This document shows, piece by piece, positions 1-11,137 of a stretch of DNA of 64,000 nucleotides. The stretch's first letter is position 1, and each line of letters starts with the position of its first letter. Position numbers and translations under genes: made by a program. The stretch covers positions 15,564,001-15,628,000 of the forward strand of contig CM097885.1 in assembly GCA_044892525.1 (NCBI GenBank). Reading direction: 5' to 3'. Below the pieces are notes generated by a model that did not search any database, was not told the DNA's origin, and worked only from the letters and a program-made list of their open reading frames with translations. This DNA is from Schmidtea polychroa (lineage: Eukaryota).

Positions 1-699
1 AAATTAATATTTAAATTCACAAATTTGATAAATTTTATGAATGAATTTTACTTATTAACAAACAACGAAATTTATCTTGAAATCTTGAAAATATTTTGGA
101 ATTATTTGAAAATATTATTCACTTATTTGAAATTATTTTGGAACCTGAATTAATTAGGTACATCAGAAGTTGAAGGTTGTTAAAGTCAAACTTACAAGTT
201 TTGGGATCAGTGGCTTAACCAATGAGGTGGGTTAAGGGGGTTAAACCTCCCATTGGTTTTTAATTGTACAAATATTTGTCGATGTCAAGTGCCTAAAAGA
301 TCATCCATCTACATAAGAAAAAAACAAGACACTTACTATATTTTATTGTAAATATAATACTGTGACATATGTCTGTACTTTGTAGTCTATACTCTCAGTT
401 AAATTTTATTTTGGCTATTTTTTTCTGATGTTCAATACGTATCTCCGTACTTTATGGAGTAAGCGAATGACGTCATTATTACAGACACCCCTATCATGAA
501 GGTCTTAGTGCCTTCGACACCCTCAAAAGTCAACGCTTGAAATGATTGACCATATTATTAATAAATATTTCTCAACTCCAATCCCCTCACATTCATAAAT
601 TCCTGGTTACGTTGGAATATTAAGAGTTTTGGTTGGCAAATAACTCAGAATTTGGCAAGTATGTTTTTTTAATGTCTTAGTAACTGATAGATTTATCAT

Positions 700-3100
700 T
701 AGCTTTTACTTAAACGCCTCAATGGATATTTTACATTTTACCATAAATATACCCATGCCAACCATCTTATTTCGAATGTACACAGTAGTTGAAAATCATT
801 TAGCAGGTGAGCTCAATTTAGAAAGATGGGTTACGAGTTGGGAGAACAATTTATGCTTATCCTTGCAAATGTAGGCCTTTTCCTGCCGTTGCTTACACTT
901 TACCGTATTTCATTCGTAACTCCGCATAACTATTGATTTTACCGCTAAATGCCCATCGCAAGCGACACTGGTGTTTTAATTTAGTTGGTCACCATCAACT
1001 AAAGGTGGAACTTTCACAAAAACTGAAAAAGCACACACTTTAATGAAACAACCACAACTCCTTTGCTCTACGCATTGCAATATCAGTCTGAACCCTTTGA
1101 AGGAATTAATCTCCCTACGGAAGATGTCCGTGTCTGGTACTCTCGATTCGAAAATATATTGTTATCACTAAGTTTAATTCTCCTTTGCTTGTTCTCTCTA
1201 GATTATCTCTTTTCGTTTCTTCGACCTACTGGCGTTTCTGTTTACTTGCAGGTCGCCTTTAAACCCTTCGGGTAATTTGATTGTCCTTGGCAAATTATTT
1301 TGGATCCATTTTTAACGGTGATTGGAAGTCGAATTTTATGAATCAGAGTGAAGGGAAATTTGCAATAGTTGGGGAAAATCGAACATAATATTCCAAATAC
1401 AAATTTATCCTGCATAGTGAAGTGAAATGAGGTATGACATAGAATGGAACCAGATGAGTCAGTAGACAATAGGTTTCAAATAAAATCCAGTACTTCGTTA
1501 TGTCGGCTAATGCAATTAATATCAGTGAAATCGTACTAATTCCAAACGAAGATCGAATATTGCTCCTGCGGGGCTGGAAACCGAGGTAATCAAAAAACTT
1601 TTGTAAATTTAAATTTTCTATAAATTAATTAAGATAACACTGTATTAACATAAATTGAGGTAATCAACCAAATGTAAGGAAAATAAAGAATAAAATAGAG
1701 GAAAAATAATAGAATAAATCAAAAATTAAAACAAGTCACTAAAATAAAATAAATAATAAACAAGTCGCAAACAGACAAAAGTACATAACCATATCCGACA
1801 AGCAAAGAAAAAATAATTAGAAAGAATAAAAATAAATACCAGAAAAACAAAATATTACTAAACGAATAAATTATAATCAAAAAACAAAGAATAAAATACT
1901 AAATCAGGATCCAATAAAAAGCAGGAGAAAATGTGAAAATTAAATTATTTAATAAATTATCAAAAGAAAAAGATAAATAACCTAGAAAAAGAACTTAAAA
2001 ATAAGAAAAAACACAACTTCACACAACAGCTGGATCCTGATTAGACAAAAATTACTATATAACGAAAACACTTTATTGATTCCCTCAGTTCTAACAAACT
2101 TCATACAGGAACCAATTCAGCATCACTCTCATTGATCTATTACTTGATTCTTATATTATATCGCAGCAAATTTTCAGAATTTTTATCAATCAGACAGGAA
2201 AAGAGAAATGTAAATTTTCGTTTATTATTTATGTACAAGTAGCATTATAATTTATTTGGATAAATATTATGATAGTTTTTAAATGTCTCACTTTTATCTT
2301 CACAATACGAATTTTTATGTTGAGATCCAGCGATGACACCGTTCTACGATTATGAGGGTGACTGGAATGACTGAGGAAAATTAAGAGCATACATTGATTC
2401 CACCAGTGAGGAGAAGAGGAGAATGCATAAGTAGGAGAGAGAAATTCGGAAGGATTATATTGAGTCACAGGATTCACGTCAAATAGAAATCAAGGACAGA
2501 TAATATCGAGGCTGGTAGGAGATTGCAGATTGCAGATCGGCAAGCTAAGGAATTACTCCACAAATGCGATGAGATAGGAATTGATTGTACGAATTACGAC
2601 AACTTGGGAATGGAATCATTAGAGGAAACGGAGTATGAGATGTATGGGTAGGTTGAGTAGCAATGGTCGACAAATGAGGAATGAATTGTTATTGAGGTAG
2701 GAAGGAGTGTGAGGTATAATTTCCATTCTGAGGTGTAATCGCTGAATTCTAGAGTCGATTCGATTTATTTTAATTATTCCTGAATTTGAGAGTTGATTGA
2801 ATTTATTATGATTATTCATCTATAAAGATATAGTATGACCCGTTTCTGAGGGTCGTTTGGCAATTGCTGACACTTGTGTCGGTAGTTACCAGATGATTTT
2901 CACAGATGGCGAAAATGACCAAATCGTGTAAATAGAGTTGATTTTTCGTTGAGTGGTAACTCTCCACGGTAGTAATGGGCTCAATTCGCGGATTCGAATA
3001 AGAATAAATACTTCTACCTTTCAACCGGCTACTACGAAAATTAGTCCCGTAATTGAAATCACAATACCGTTATCACATTCGATTTTCTGTTATAGGCACT
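700..3100 (-). mobile_element. Degenerate non-LTR (APE-endonuclease type) retrotransposon relic
   Basis: Minus-strand fragment 2812-3024 contains DLVIFAICENHL, resembling the APE endonuclease D(I/L)xxI(S/C)E(T/N)(W/H)L motif. The surrounding DNA is coding-like but full of stops. Boundaries approximate. Confidence 0.3.
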
Positions 3101-3299
3101 TATATGAACCTAACATCAGTTGAGAAAGCTTTGACATTTCCATCAGTGAATGCCACTTTTAAGCGTTTGATTTCTTTCACTTCGATAGGTCAGTAGCAGT
3201 CCGTTAGACAGTCCGTTAGCATCAACAATTGCGAGAATTTCACGGTGATAGAATAGGCATTGGAATCCTTATCTGTAGGACAACATCCGGTGTACACAA

Positions 3300-4133
3300 C
3301 ACTCCACAAAATTTCACCTTGGCAGACTTGTAGGATCTAAGTTTCTTGCTATCATAAACATTCATAAACAGGAAGTCGACAATTCGTCTCGATAAATCTG
3401 ACACACATAAACAATCAAAGTGAAGTTACGAGACATGACAGACAAATAGTCGAACCCAAGAATTCCTACTGAAACGGCTGCTTTGAATTAATCATAAACC
3501 CATCAGGTTAGTTTACTTTAATTGTCTAAGGCAAGGGTGGCCAACAATTGCATTACATACCCATTATTCCCCCTTACACTACCCCTATGACAATAAGTCG
3601 ATATCGACACACTCTTAAGAAAAAAATTAGATCTTTTATACAGAAAAGCTGGACACCGCTGGTTTAAGTGATTTACTACGACCGCAGTACATGTCAAGTA
3701 TATAAATATAACATAAACATGCAATTTTACAAGATCGACAAATAAATTGACTAAATTAATTAAAGTAAATGCGTGAGAAAAATGTTTTTCGTTATTAAAA
3801 CATATCGAGATGAGAAAGAATCATAAAGGTGTGGCGACGTTTTATCCAAGGGAAGAAACTGCCCAAAATTTCCTTACACCGTTTTTGTTTTCGAAGTAAT
3901 TAAAATTTCTGTCCACGGACCCCTTGTACAAATTCCACCTTGGCAGACTTGTAGGACATTGTAGTCGGCTTCCCATCGTAAAATTTGGTCCCCAAAAGCA
4001 ACTTCCGAGATTTTTTAAATTAAATTTTAATGGATTTTTAAATTTTTTTAAAATAAATGAATTGAAATAAATTTCTTTAATTTGAATCTGTTTACTATTT
4101 CATAAATGGTGCAGCACCGGGTACCCCAGCTAG
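3300..4133 (+). mobile_element. Possible non-autonomous Helitron (3' end)
   Basis: GGTGCAGCACC/GGGTACCC palindromes just upstream of CTAG (4130-4133), followed by T, as at Helitron 3' ends. Internal repeat CACCTTGGCAGACTTGTAGGA at ~3315 and ~3936. 5' end not defined. Confidence 0.35.
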
Positions 4134-4588
4134 TAATTAATATAATATGTTTGATGGGCCTGCATTGAATGTATAAAGTTGCCAGCAATGCTTATATTTT
4201 GAACGACGATAATTTAAACAAAAAGAAAATCCCATAAATTTAAAGATATATTTATGACATGTTAAAAGCTTTAGTTAATTTAAATATAAAATTATTTCAA
4301 TCAATTGTTACAGTCGGAATTCGGTTCAACAATATCAAAAAGAATAAAGTGCAGACGGTACAAACGCGTGTCACTATCTTATCATTTTACGCCTTTATTG
4401 ACACTCCTGGCTAAGGAATTTATATTTGGGAAAAAGATGAAAGTATGAAACTATTTCTATTTTGGGACAGAATTTAGGAACCAAGTTGGTTTTAATATAA
4501 TAATTATCCAGCAAAGGTGAAATAAAAGAACCTAGACAATTATAGGCAATGCGTGACGTTAAACAAACAACAAATTAAAAATATTTAC

Positions 4589-4862
4589 CATTTCAAAGAC
4601 ATTGGTTATTTCGAAATACAATTCATCATTTCTACTATCCTTTTCTTCGGTAATGGAGATCTCTTCAAACTGACCATCAAGGTCCAGCAATTCCTGAGGA
4701 GGTGCAGCATAATTCGGTACATCATCTGTCATAATAGAAAACGATTCAATTAATAAAAATATATTTACCTATTTCTATAGCATAGTTGTAGTGGACTATT
4801 TCTGGCATTGTGACAAATTCAATGTTGAAATTCAATTCTTTGAGTTCCAATTTTAATAGATC
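4589..4862 (-). pseudogene. Two phase-compatible exons of an unidentified gene (fragment)
   Basis: Exons 4862-4769 (DLLKLELKEL...YAIEI) and 4725-4589 (DDVPNYAAPPQ...NVFEM) are joined by a 43-nt GT..AG intron with matching phase. Upstream is the (TAA)n tract. Confidence 0.4.
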
Positions 4863-4893
4863 CTGGGGGATAAATAAAAAAAACAAAATATCA

Positions 4894-5130
<237 letters not shown>

Positions 5131-5183
5131 GTTTCGACCAGTCAGAGGGGAATATTGTTGGTGTGCGCACACAGACGCGAGCA

Positions 5184-5501
5184 ATGGATTGTTGTTTGGA
5201 AGTAGGTTTTGATGTAATTTTTTATTGAATTGATTTTTGATGTATTTTAATTAGAAATTCGAGATTTGAATGGATTGTTTTGTGGTTTAAAAAAGGTAAA
5301 ATTCTGGAAGGGAGGAAACCAGTTTTGTTTATTGAAATAAGTTTTGGAATCGAAATGTTTGAAGAAGAAGATGTTTATTACAAATTTATTAAAGCTTATG
5401 ATGTTCCAAACCAAGATCTTATTTCTTATTTCGATGAAACCCGTGAATTCATTGAAAATGGCAGAAAATTTGGTGGAGTATTGGTTCACTGTCTTGCTGG
5501 A
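5184..5501 (+). pseudogene. DUSP12: DUSP12/YVH1-like dual-specificity phosphatase copy A, 5' part (interrupted by the Polinton)
   Basis: Near-identical to ~21470-21788. Reads ...DVPNQDLISYFDETREFIENG...GVLVHCLAG and is then broken by the element. Confidence 0.85.
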
Positions 5502-6116
5502 AGTAGTGTGGTTATATACCCAACCAAAACAGCCCTCCCAACAAAACATGCCTCCAAATCACTTAAGCTATTAGAAAAACAACCTAAAACTTATACTTTT
5601 ATAGTATTTTAACCCTATATTTTGAAAACAACCACCTTTAATGACTCTAACTGTTTTAATCTTTAAAGCCTCAAACTCAAAAGCTTCAAACTAAAACCAT
5701 AAAGAGAATAGAAAAGAAAATGGTATTATGAAAAAGTTAGAAGGCTACTTGAGGATGCCAACTAGCAAGTTGCTAATTGGCTAATTAAAAAAAATAAATG
5801 AAATCTTAATCTTGATGTCTTGAAGAATAAAAAATTTTATGAAAATAGTAAAACTGCTCTGAGAGGACAGTGGTATTTTTTTTTTCACTGTCCTCTCAAC
5901 AGTTTTTTTGATCCGGATCATTTTTTTTTTATTCAACCTCTTTCGTTTATCAAATCTCTTCCAATATACAAGCTGGCCAGGCTCATAATCAGAATCAATT
6001 CGATAATAGCAGCACACCTTATTATTCGCTTCTCGCTCGAATACGATTTCATCGGCGTTTTAAGTGTGCTGCTCGAAAGTACAAATGAATTCGAAAGCGA
6101 ATCCGAAAGAGGTCCG

Positions 6117-6208
6117 AAAACAACCGAGAAATAAATGTGCACATTATGGGATCGATCCGGGTGTGTTCGAAAGACTGGTGGCGATAATTACCGGTTCGCC
6201 ACCACACC
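6117..6208 (-). ncRNA. Candidate Pol III RNA-2 (left TIR copy)
   Basis: Mirror of 19727-19818: A-box-like TGGCGAACCGG, B-box GGATCGATCCC and strong stems. Confidence 0.4.
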
Positions 6209-6371
6209 CGTTTCAATATTTTTTTTTTCATATTTATGTTTAAAAAATAATTAATTAATAAAAAAATAAAATAAAATAAAATATACAAGTACTTTATAAA
6301 TATAAGATACCCACACTATTTTCAATATTATTTTCAAATTTTTAATATTATTTTATGTTGAAAAAAAACTA

Positions 6372-6443
6372 ACCTCAGATGTGATTTGAACCACTATCCA
6401 TTTGAACCACTGTGCCAGTCTATTCCCACTGCGCCATCAAGGT
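6372..6443 (-). ncRNA. Candidate Pol III tRNA-like RNA-1, variant b
   Basis: Minus strand ACCTTGA-TGGCGCAGTGG-...-GGTTCAAATC-ACAT-CTGAGGT, then TAG and T8 (6361-6368). The central part differs from the other two copies. Confidence 0.5.
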
Positions 6444-6604
6444 TTGAATTTTTGTCATTTTTTAAATTTTTAATTTATAAAAAAATAAAATAAAATAAAA
6501 TAAATAAAATAAAATATACAAGTACTTTATAAATATAAGATACCCACACTATTTTCAATATTATTTTCAAATTTTTAATATTATTTTATGTTGAAAAAAA
6601 ACTA

Positions 6605-6675
6605 ACCTCAGATGTGATTTGAACCGCTAGCATTTTGAACCACTGTGTCAGTCTAGCCCACTGCGCCATCAAGGT
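6605..6675 (-). ncRNA. Candidate Pol III tRNA-like RNA-1, variant a
   Basis: A-box TGGCGCAGTGG, B-box GGTTCAAATC, T8 run at 6594-6601. Near-identical to 19478-19548. Confidence 0.55.
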
Positions 6676-6916
6676 TTGGATTTTTGTCATTTTTTAAAAT
6701 AATCGATTCAAGTTCTTTTATTCTTTCCTGTAATTGTTTTATTTTATCTAATCTTTTCTCAGCTACTTCTACTGCATTCATGTAAAAATGTCGATACTTT
6801 TCATTCTCTACCACCAACTCTTTAATGTATTCTAATGGTTCTTCTTCTCTTCTTTTCATTCTCTTAAGTTTAACTTCATTCAATTCATTTCTCATTCTTT
6901 CAATAAAGTCAATCAT
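6653..6916 (-). CDS. Small charged coiled-coil protein of the Polinton (87 aa), function unknown
   Basis: E/K-rich heptad-like ORF with AAAAATG start context, divergent from MCP. Confidence 0.55.
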   Translation of the reverse strand: MIDFIERMRNELNEVKLKRMKRREEEPLEYIKELVVENEKYRHFYMNAVEVAEKRLDKIKQLQERIKELESIILKNDKNPNLDGAVG

Positions 6917-7001
6917 TTTTATAAATTATTTTTTTATTGAATTCCCTTTTATTTTTATTTTTTTTTTCAACTTTTATTTTTATCAACTTTTATATATAAA
7001 A

Positions 7002-8294
7002 ATGAATAATATAAATCTTAAAATTCAAGAAAAAAATAAATTAAATCTTGATTATAATAAAGAATTTACTCATGAAATCAAGAAAAATGATGTACTTAAA
7101 ATCTCTCCAACTTCAGGATCTATTGCAAACTTAAATCGTAGGGGTGATATAGTTTTTCAATCTCTTCAAACATCAAACCCAATAGATATTTGTAATGCCA
7201 AATTATATTACAAAGTAGAATTAGAAATTGAAGCAAACAAAGATATAACCCTAGAAAATAATTTCTTTCCAAATTTATTCTCCAACATGAGATTAAAACT
7301 AGGATCATCAGAAATTGAAACTGTTTTACATCCAGGAGTATATTCTACAATGTTAAATTTTATTTTGACTGGTTGTGATTATAAAAATGAATATGGTGAA
7401 TTAACAGGTTGGATTCCTGACACTAATAAAGGGGATTTAGATAAAGATGGTTTAGATGTAAACCATGGTTACCATAAAAGAGCTGAACTTTATAAATCTA
7501 AAAAATTTGAAGGTTATTTTGAATTAAAACACTTGTTTGGATTCCTTCAAAACTATAATCGTATACTTCATAATGTTTTTATAGAATTCATCTGTAATAG
7601 AGTAGAAGGTGATAAAAGATTGTTCTATGGAGCTGTAGATACAAAAGCTAAATTAAAATTATCAACACTTGAATTACATATACCTGAATGGACATTAAAC
7701 CCACATTCTGAAATCAAACTCCTTGAAAGATTAAATTCCAACAAGTCTATAAATGTAAATTATTTAAATAGAATCTGTAGTGAATTTAGTATGACAGAGG
7801 GTTCAACATATTCTATAAAGGTAGCAAATTTTGCATACCGACCAAGATATATCTTGATTGGATTCAAAGAAACAGATTCATCTTTCCAAAAAAATAACAA
7901 TCTATTTATTCAAAAGATTGGAGATGATAATTTAAAAACAATCCAAATTCAATTAAATAGTTCTTATTATCCAATAAATAGAATGGAATTTAATATTGAA
8001 AATAATGAAAACATATTCCCATATCTAAATTATATTGAAACATGTTATGATTTCAAAGTTGAACCGCAATTAAGTTTAGAAGATTTCAAAAATTTATATT
8101 CTATATTTTGTATAAATGTATCAGACCAAGATGATCGATTAGCCATAAATAATGTTGATGTTACACTTCATGTAACAAAGGATTCTAATTTTAAAGCTAA
8201 AGTATATACATTAATATTAGAAGAAAAGAAAATAGAAATGAAATTATATGGTGGAAAGATTTCAATTATTGAAAATGTTAGGGGAGATTCTTAA
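7002..8294 (+). CDS. Polinton major capsid protein (double jelly-roll, hexon-like), ~430 aa
   Basis: Likely start MNNINL at 7002 (the upstream part of the ORF is low-complexity). Motifs RPRYILIGF, IQLNSSYYP and YSIFCINVS are typical of Polinton MCPs; size fits. Confidence 0.85.
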   Translation: MNNINLKIQEKNKLNLDYNKEFTHEIKKNDVLKISPTSGSIANLNRRGDIVFQSLQTSNPIDICNAKLYYKVELEIEANKDITLENNFFPNLFSNMRLKLGSSEIETVLHPGVYSTMLNFILTGCDYKNEYGELTGWIPDTNKGDLDKDGLDVNHGYHKRAELYKSKKFEGYFELKHLFGFLQNYNRILHNVFIEFICNRVEGDKRLFYGAVDTKAKLKLSTLELHIPEWTLNPHSEIKLLERLNSNKSINVNYLNRICSEFSMTEGSTYSIKVANFAYRPRYILIGFKETDSSFQKNNNLFIQKIGDDNLKTIQIQLNSSYYPINRMEFNIENNENIFPYLNYIETCYDFKVEPQLSLEDFKNLYSIFCINVSDQDDRLAINNVDVTLHVTKDSNFKAKVYTLILEEKKIEMKLYGGKISIIENVRGDS

Positions 8295-8311
8295 TATTTT
8301 AACATTTTAAA

Positions 8312-9727
8312 ATGTCTTTAAATAAACCCTATTGGAGATGTGAAACTTGTAATTGTCAAGTTACAAGACATCATAAAGCAAGTCGTCTTAAAACTAAAAA
8401 ACATACAGTAGGTGACCTAATTCCACGAGCTGGAGGCGATTTGCAATCTTCAAAAACAACATCTTCAATATTAAAACCTTTTACTACAGAAAAATATCCA
8501 GGTGAAAGACATTTATTTAAACACAACTATACTGGACCAGGAACACGTCTAGATATTAGATTAGATGAAAATAATAATCCCAAACAAGGAGAAGAACCAA
8601 TAAATAGAATTGATCAAACAGCTTTAAAACATGACATTGCATACAATTCAACAAATCTTAGAGATAGACATGTTGCAGATGTGAATTTAATACATGATTT
8701 AAATAGTATCCAAAATCCATCAACCCAAGAAAAGATTCAAAGAGCTCTAGTTAAATTAGCAATGAAAGGTAAGATTTTCATAGGCTTAGGACACAGTCCG
8801 ATCACCATGGGTGCAAGACTTCCTAGGAAAGCAAAAGATGTTGCTAATAAAAAGATTATTGAACAAGCAGATGCTGAAAGATCCCTCGAGAATATATCCA
8901 AGACTAGTTTATTAACCCCAACAGAATCACAAATAAAATATGCCAACGAATTACACCATGAATTTAGAAAAAATAAAAAATATTTAAAAGTTCAAGTACA
9001 TGAAAAAGATCAAACATGGTCTGCAGATTTAGTCTTTATGCCAACCAAATCATCAGACCCTGAAAAATATAAAATAATTTTAACTGTAATAGATTTATAT
9101 ACAAGATTTGCTTTTGCAAGATGTTTAGAAAATAAAACAGGATATTCTATTACAGAAGCATTTGAAAATATATTTGAAGAAAATCAAAGAATCCCAAAAT
9201 ATTTATGGTGTGATAAAGGAACAGAATTTTATAACAAAGTTTTTACAAAGTTTTTAAATGAAAATGATATTAAATTATATTCAACAGAAAACGAAGGAAA
9301 AGCAGTCGTAGTTGAAAGATTAAATAGAACATTAAAAAATAAAATGTGGAAATATTTTACTGCTATTGGAAAACAAAAATGGAACAATGAATTGTTACAA
9401 AAGATTGTAAATGAATATAATAATGATGTACATAGTTCTATAAAATTAACACCTTTAAATGCTTCCATGAAGCCTGAAACCATTAAAGTGGTAAATATTG
9501 AAAATGATGTTATTGAAAAACTAAAGTTTAAAATTGGTGACCGAGTAAGAATATTTAAATATAAAAATAAATTTGAAAAAGGATTCACAGCAAAATGGAC
9601 AAATGAAATTTTTATTATAAATAAAATACATTATACAACTCCAATAACATATAGCATCTTTGATTTAAATAATGAAAAAATATTAGGTAGATTTTATAAT
9701 AATGAACTACAGAAAACAGATTTTTAA
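8312..9727 (+). CDS. int: Zn-finger + parvovirus-type PLA2 domain fused to a retroviral-like (rve) DDE integrase
   Basis: PLA2 motifs HNYTGPG and DQTALKHDIAY. Integrase WSADL..., LWCDKGTEF...VVERLNRTLK, with 33 residues between the second D and E. One uninterrupted ORF. Confidence 0.92.
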   Translation: MSLNKPYWRCETCNCQVTRHHKASRLKTKKHTVGDLIPRAGGDLQSSKTTSSILKPFTTEKYPGERHLFKHNYTGPGTRLDIRLDENNNPKQGEEPINRIDQTALKHDIAYNSTNLRDRHVADVNLIHDLNSIQNPSTQEKIQRALVKLAMKGKIFIGLGHSPITMGARLPRKAKDVANKKIIEQADAERSLENISKTSLLTPTESQIKYANELHHEFRKNKKYLKVQVHEKDQTWSADLVFMPTKSSDPEKYKIILTVIDLYTRFAFARCLENKTGYSITEAFENIFEENQRIPKYLWCDKGTEFYNKVFTKFLNENDIKLYSTENEGKAVVVERLNRTLKNKMWKYFTAIGKQKWNNELLQKIVNEYNNDVHSSIKLTPLNASMKPETIKVVNIENDVIEKLKFKIGDRVRIFKYKNKFEKGFTAKWTNEIFIINKIHYTTPITYSIFDLNNEKILGRFYNNELQKTDF

Positions 9728-9738
9728 GTCGACAAGCC

Positions 9739-10530
9739 CTAAAACAAACTTTTCCATATTTCAGCTTCTTCTCTATCCAAATAAATATAATTATATTTTT
9801 CTTTCCAATGATTATCAACAAACATATCAAACATATTCTTATCAGGTTCAACATTTGAAAATAAATCATTATAAATCATATTCTTATCACGGCGATCTAA
9901 TTTAAAAAATATAAAACAATTGGAATTATTTCTTATTGAATTTTTATCTAAAGCATAATATGTTTGAGATATATAAATAACATTACAATTATTATGTCGA
10001 CCTCGTGTAAAGTAACTCTTTTGAATCTCTTGATTTTTCATATTAACAACATCATCAAATATAACTAGATTCTTTTTATCTTTAGGAAGTAAATCACAAT
10101 GTAAAACATCTTCAGGTTTATTAGAGAATAAAACTTGAATTGCCTCCTGCCCTTCTTCACAAATATAATCATTTTTATTACTAATATCTGATTCTAAAAT
10201 CTTTTCCTTATACCAATCAACCATATCACAAGGTTGATAAACTTCTTCAGGACACCTATGTTGATTTTTAAAAATATCAATTATTGCTTTTTTAGTTAAT
10301 TTATTTTCAAATCCACATTTCAAAAGTTGTAATTCTGGTTGATTTATGGTTGTAGAATAAAAGATTAAATTATTATAATCTAAAAAATCATCTTCAAGTA
10401 ACATTCTCAAAACAAGTACATTCTTTCCACATCCAGAAGAACCAACAATTAATAATCTAAAATTATCAGGAAATACTTTATTATTAAATTTACTCTTATG
10501 TCTATTTAAAATTGGTTTCCAAATATCCAT
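9739..10530 (-). CDS. Polinton DNA-packaging ATPase (A32-like, FtsK-HerA superfamily)
   Basis: Walker A GSSGCGKN, Walker B LVIFDD, TRGRH motif, ISQTYY. Likely start MDIWKP at 10530. Confidence 0.92.
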   Translation of the reverse strand: MDIWKPILNRHKSKFNNKVFPDNFRLLIVGSSGCGKNVLVLRMLLEDDFLDYNNLIFYSTTINQPELQLLKCGFENKLTKKAIIDIFKNQHRCPEEVYQPCDMVDWYKEKILESDISNKNDYICEEGQEAIQVLFSNKPEDVLHCDLLPKDKKNLVIFDDVVNMKNQEIQKSYFTRGRHNNCNVIYISQTYYALDKNSIRNNSNCFIFFKLDRRDKNMIYNDLFSNVEPDKNMFDMFVDNHWKEKYNYIYLDREEAEIWKSLF

Positions 10531-10545
10531 TTTATTTATTATAAA

Positions 10546-11115
10546 ATGACCTCGAAGAGTTCCTCTACTGAAGAATCTTTGCAAGAATTAATAAATTCAA
10601 ATAAAAATAAATCAGTAGTAATTGATGGTAAAAAATATTTTATTGGAAAACATGTAAAAGAACAAGTTAGAGCGAAGCTCCACGAAGCTAAAGAAGGTGG
10701 CATTCTTCCATTAGCTGCTTTAATACCTGCAATCATTGCTGGTTTATCAGGTGCTGCTGGAATAGCTGGAGGAATTGCAACTACAGTTCAAAAAGCTAAA
10801 GAATCTCAAAAGACAGACCTAGAAAAAGAAAAACTACAAACTGAAATCGATTCAATGAAGAAGGTAAGGCAAGCTAAAGGGGGAGTGTCCGTTGGAAAGG
10901 GTCTCTATCTTAATCCATATGAGGGGAGTCGGCAAAAGTCTCAGGGCAAAGGTCTCTATCTAAATGATTTTTTAAAAAATCAAATTTCTACATCTGAATC
11001 TTTATCTTCAAAAGATAAAGAAGATTTAAAAAAGATATGTAAATCTTTAAAGAATGGATGCCTTTGTAAAACTAAAAATGGTAAAGGATTATACTTGAAG
11101 CCCTTCGAACTATGA
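10546..11115 (+). CDS. Putative virion core/membrane-active protein (adenovirus pX-like)
   Basis: EGG-ILPLAALIPAIIAG hydrophobic segment resembles the adenovirus pX C-terminus (GG-ILPLLIPLIAAAIG). Three GKGLYL repeats. Confidence 0.6.
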   Translation: MTSKSSSTEESLQELINSNKNKSVVIDGKKYFIGKHVKEQVRAKLHEAKEGGILPLAALIPAIIAGLSGAAGIAGGIATTVQKAKESQKTDLEKEKLQTEIDSMKKVRQAKGGVSVGKGLYLNPYEGSRQKSQGKGLYLNDFLKNQISTSESLSSKDKEDLKKICKSLKNGCLCKTKNGKGLYLKPFEL

Positions 11116-11137
11116 TACCATTTTTGATACCATTAAA

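Larger units (their letters stand above)
5502..6482 (+). repeat. Polinton left terminal inverted repeat
   Basis: Reverse complement of ~19441-20433 with only a handful of substitutions and small indels. Inner boundary approximate. Confidence 0.93.
6260..6697 (+). repeat. Two-copy ~233-bp direct repeat at the inner edge of the left TIR
   Basis: ATACCCACACT at 6307 and 6540. Each copy carries a tRNA-like unit. Confidence 0.9.

Noticed and set aside
5781..6288. Short ORFs in the TIRs (and mirrors at 19584-20100)
   Set aside because: Non-ATG or low-complexity starts; frames differ between the two TIRs because of homopolymer indels; no motifs.
6825..7001. N-terminal extension of the MCP ORF
   Set aside because: Low-complexity F/I/L run antisense to the 87-aa ORF and an AT-rich spacer; ATG at 7002 is preferred.
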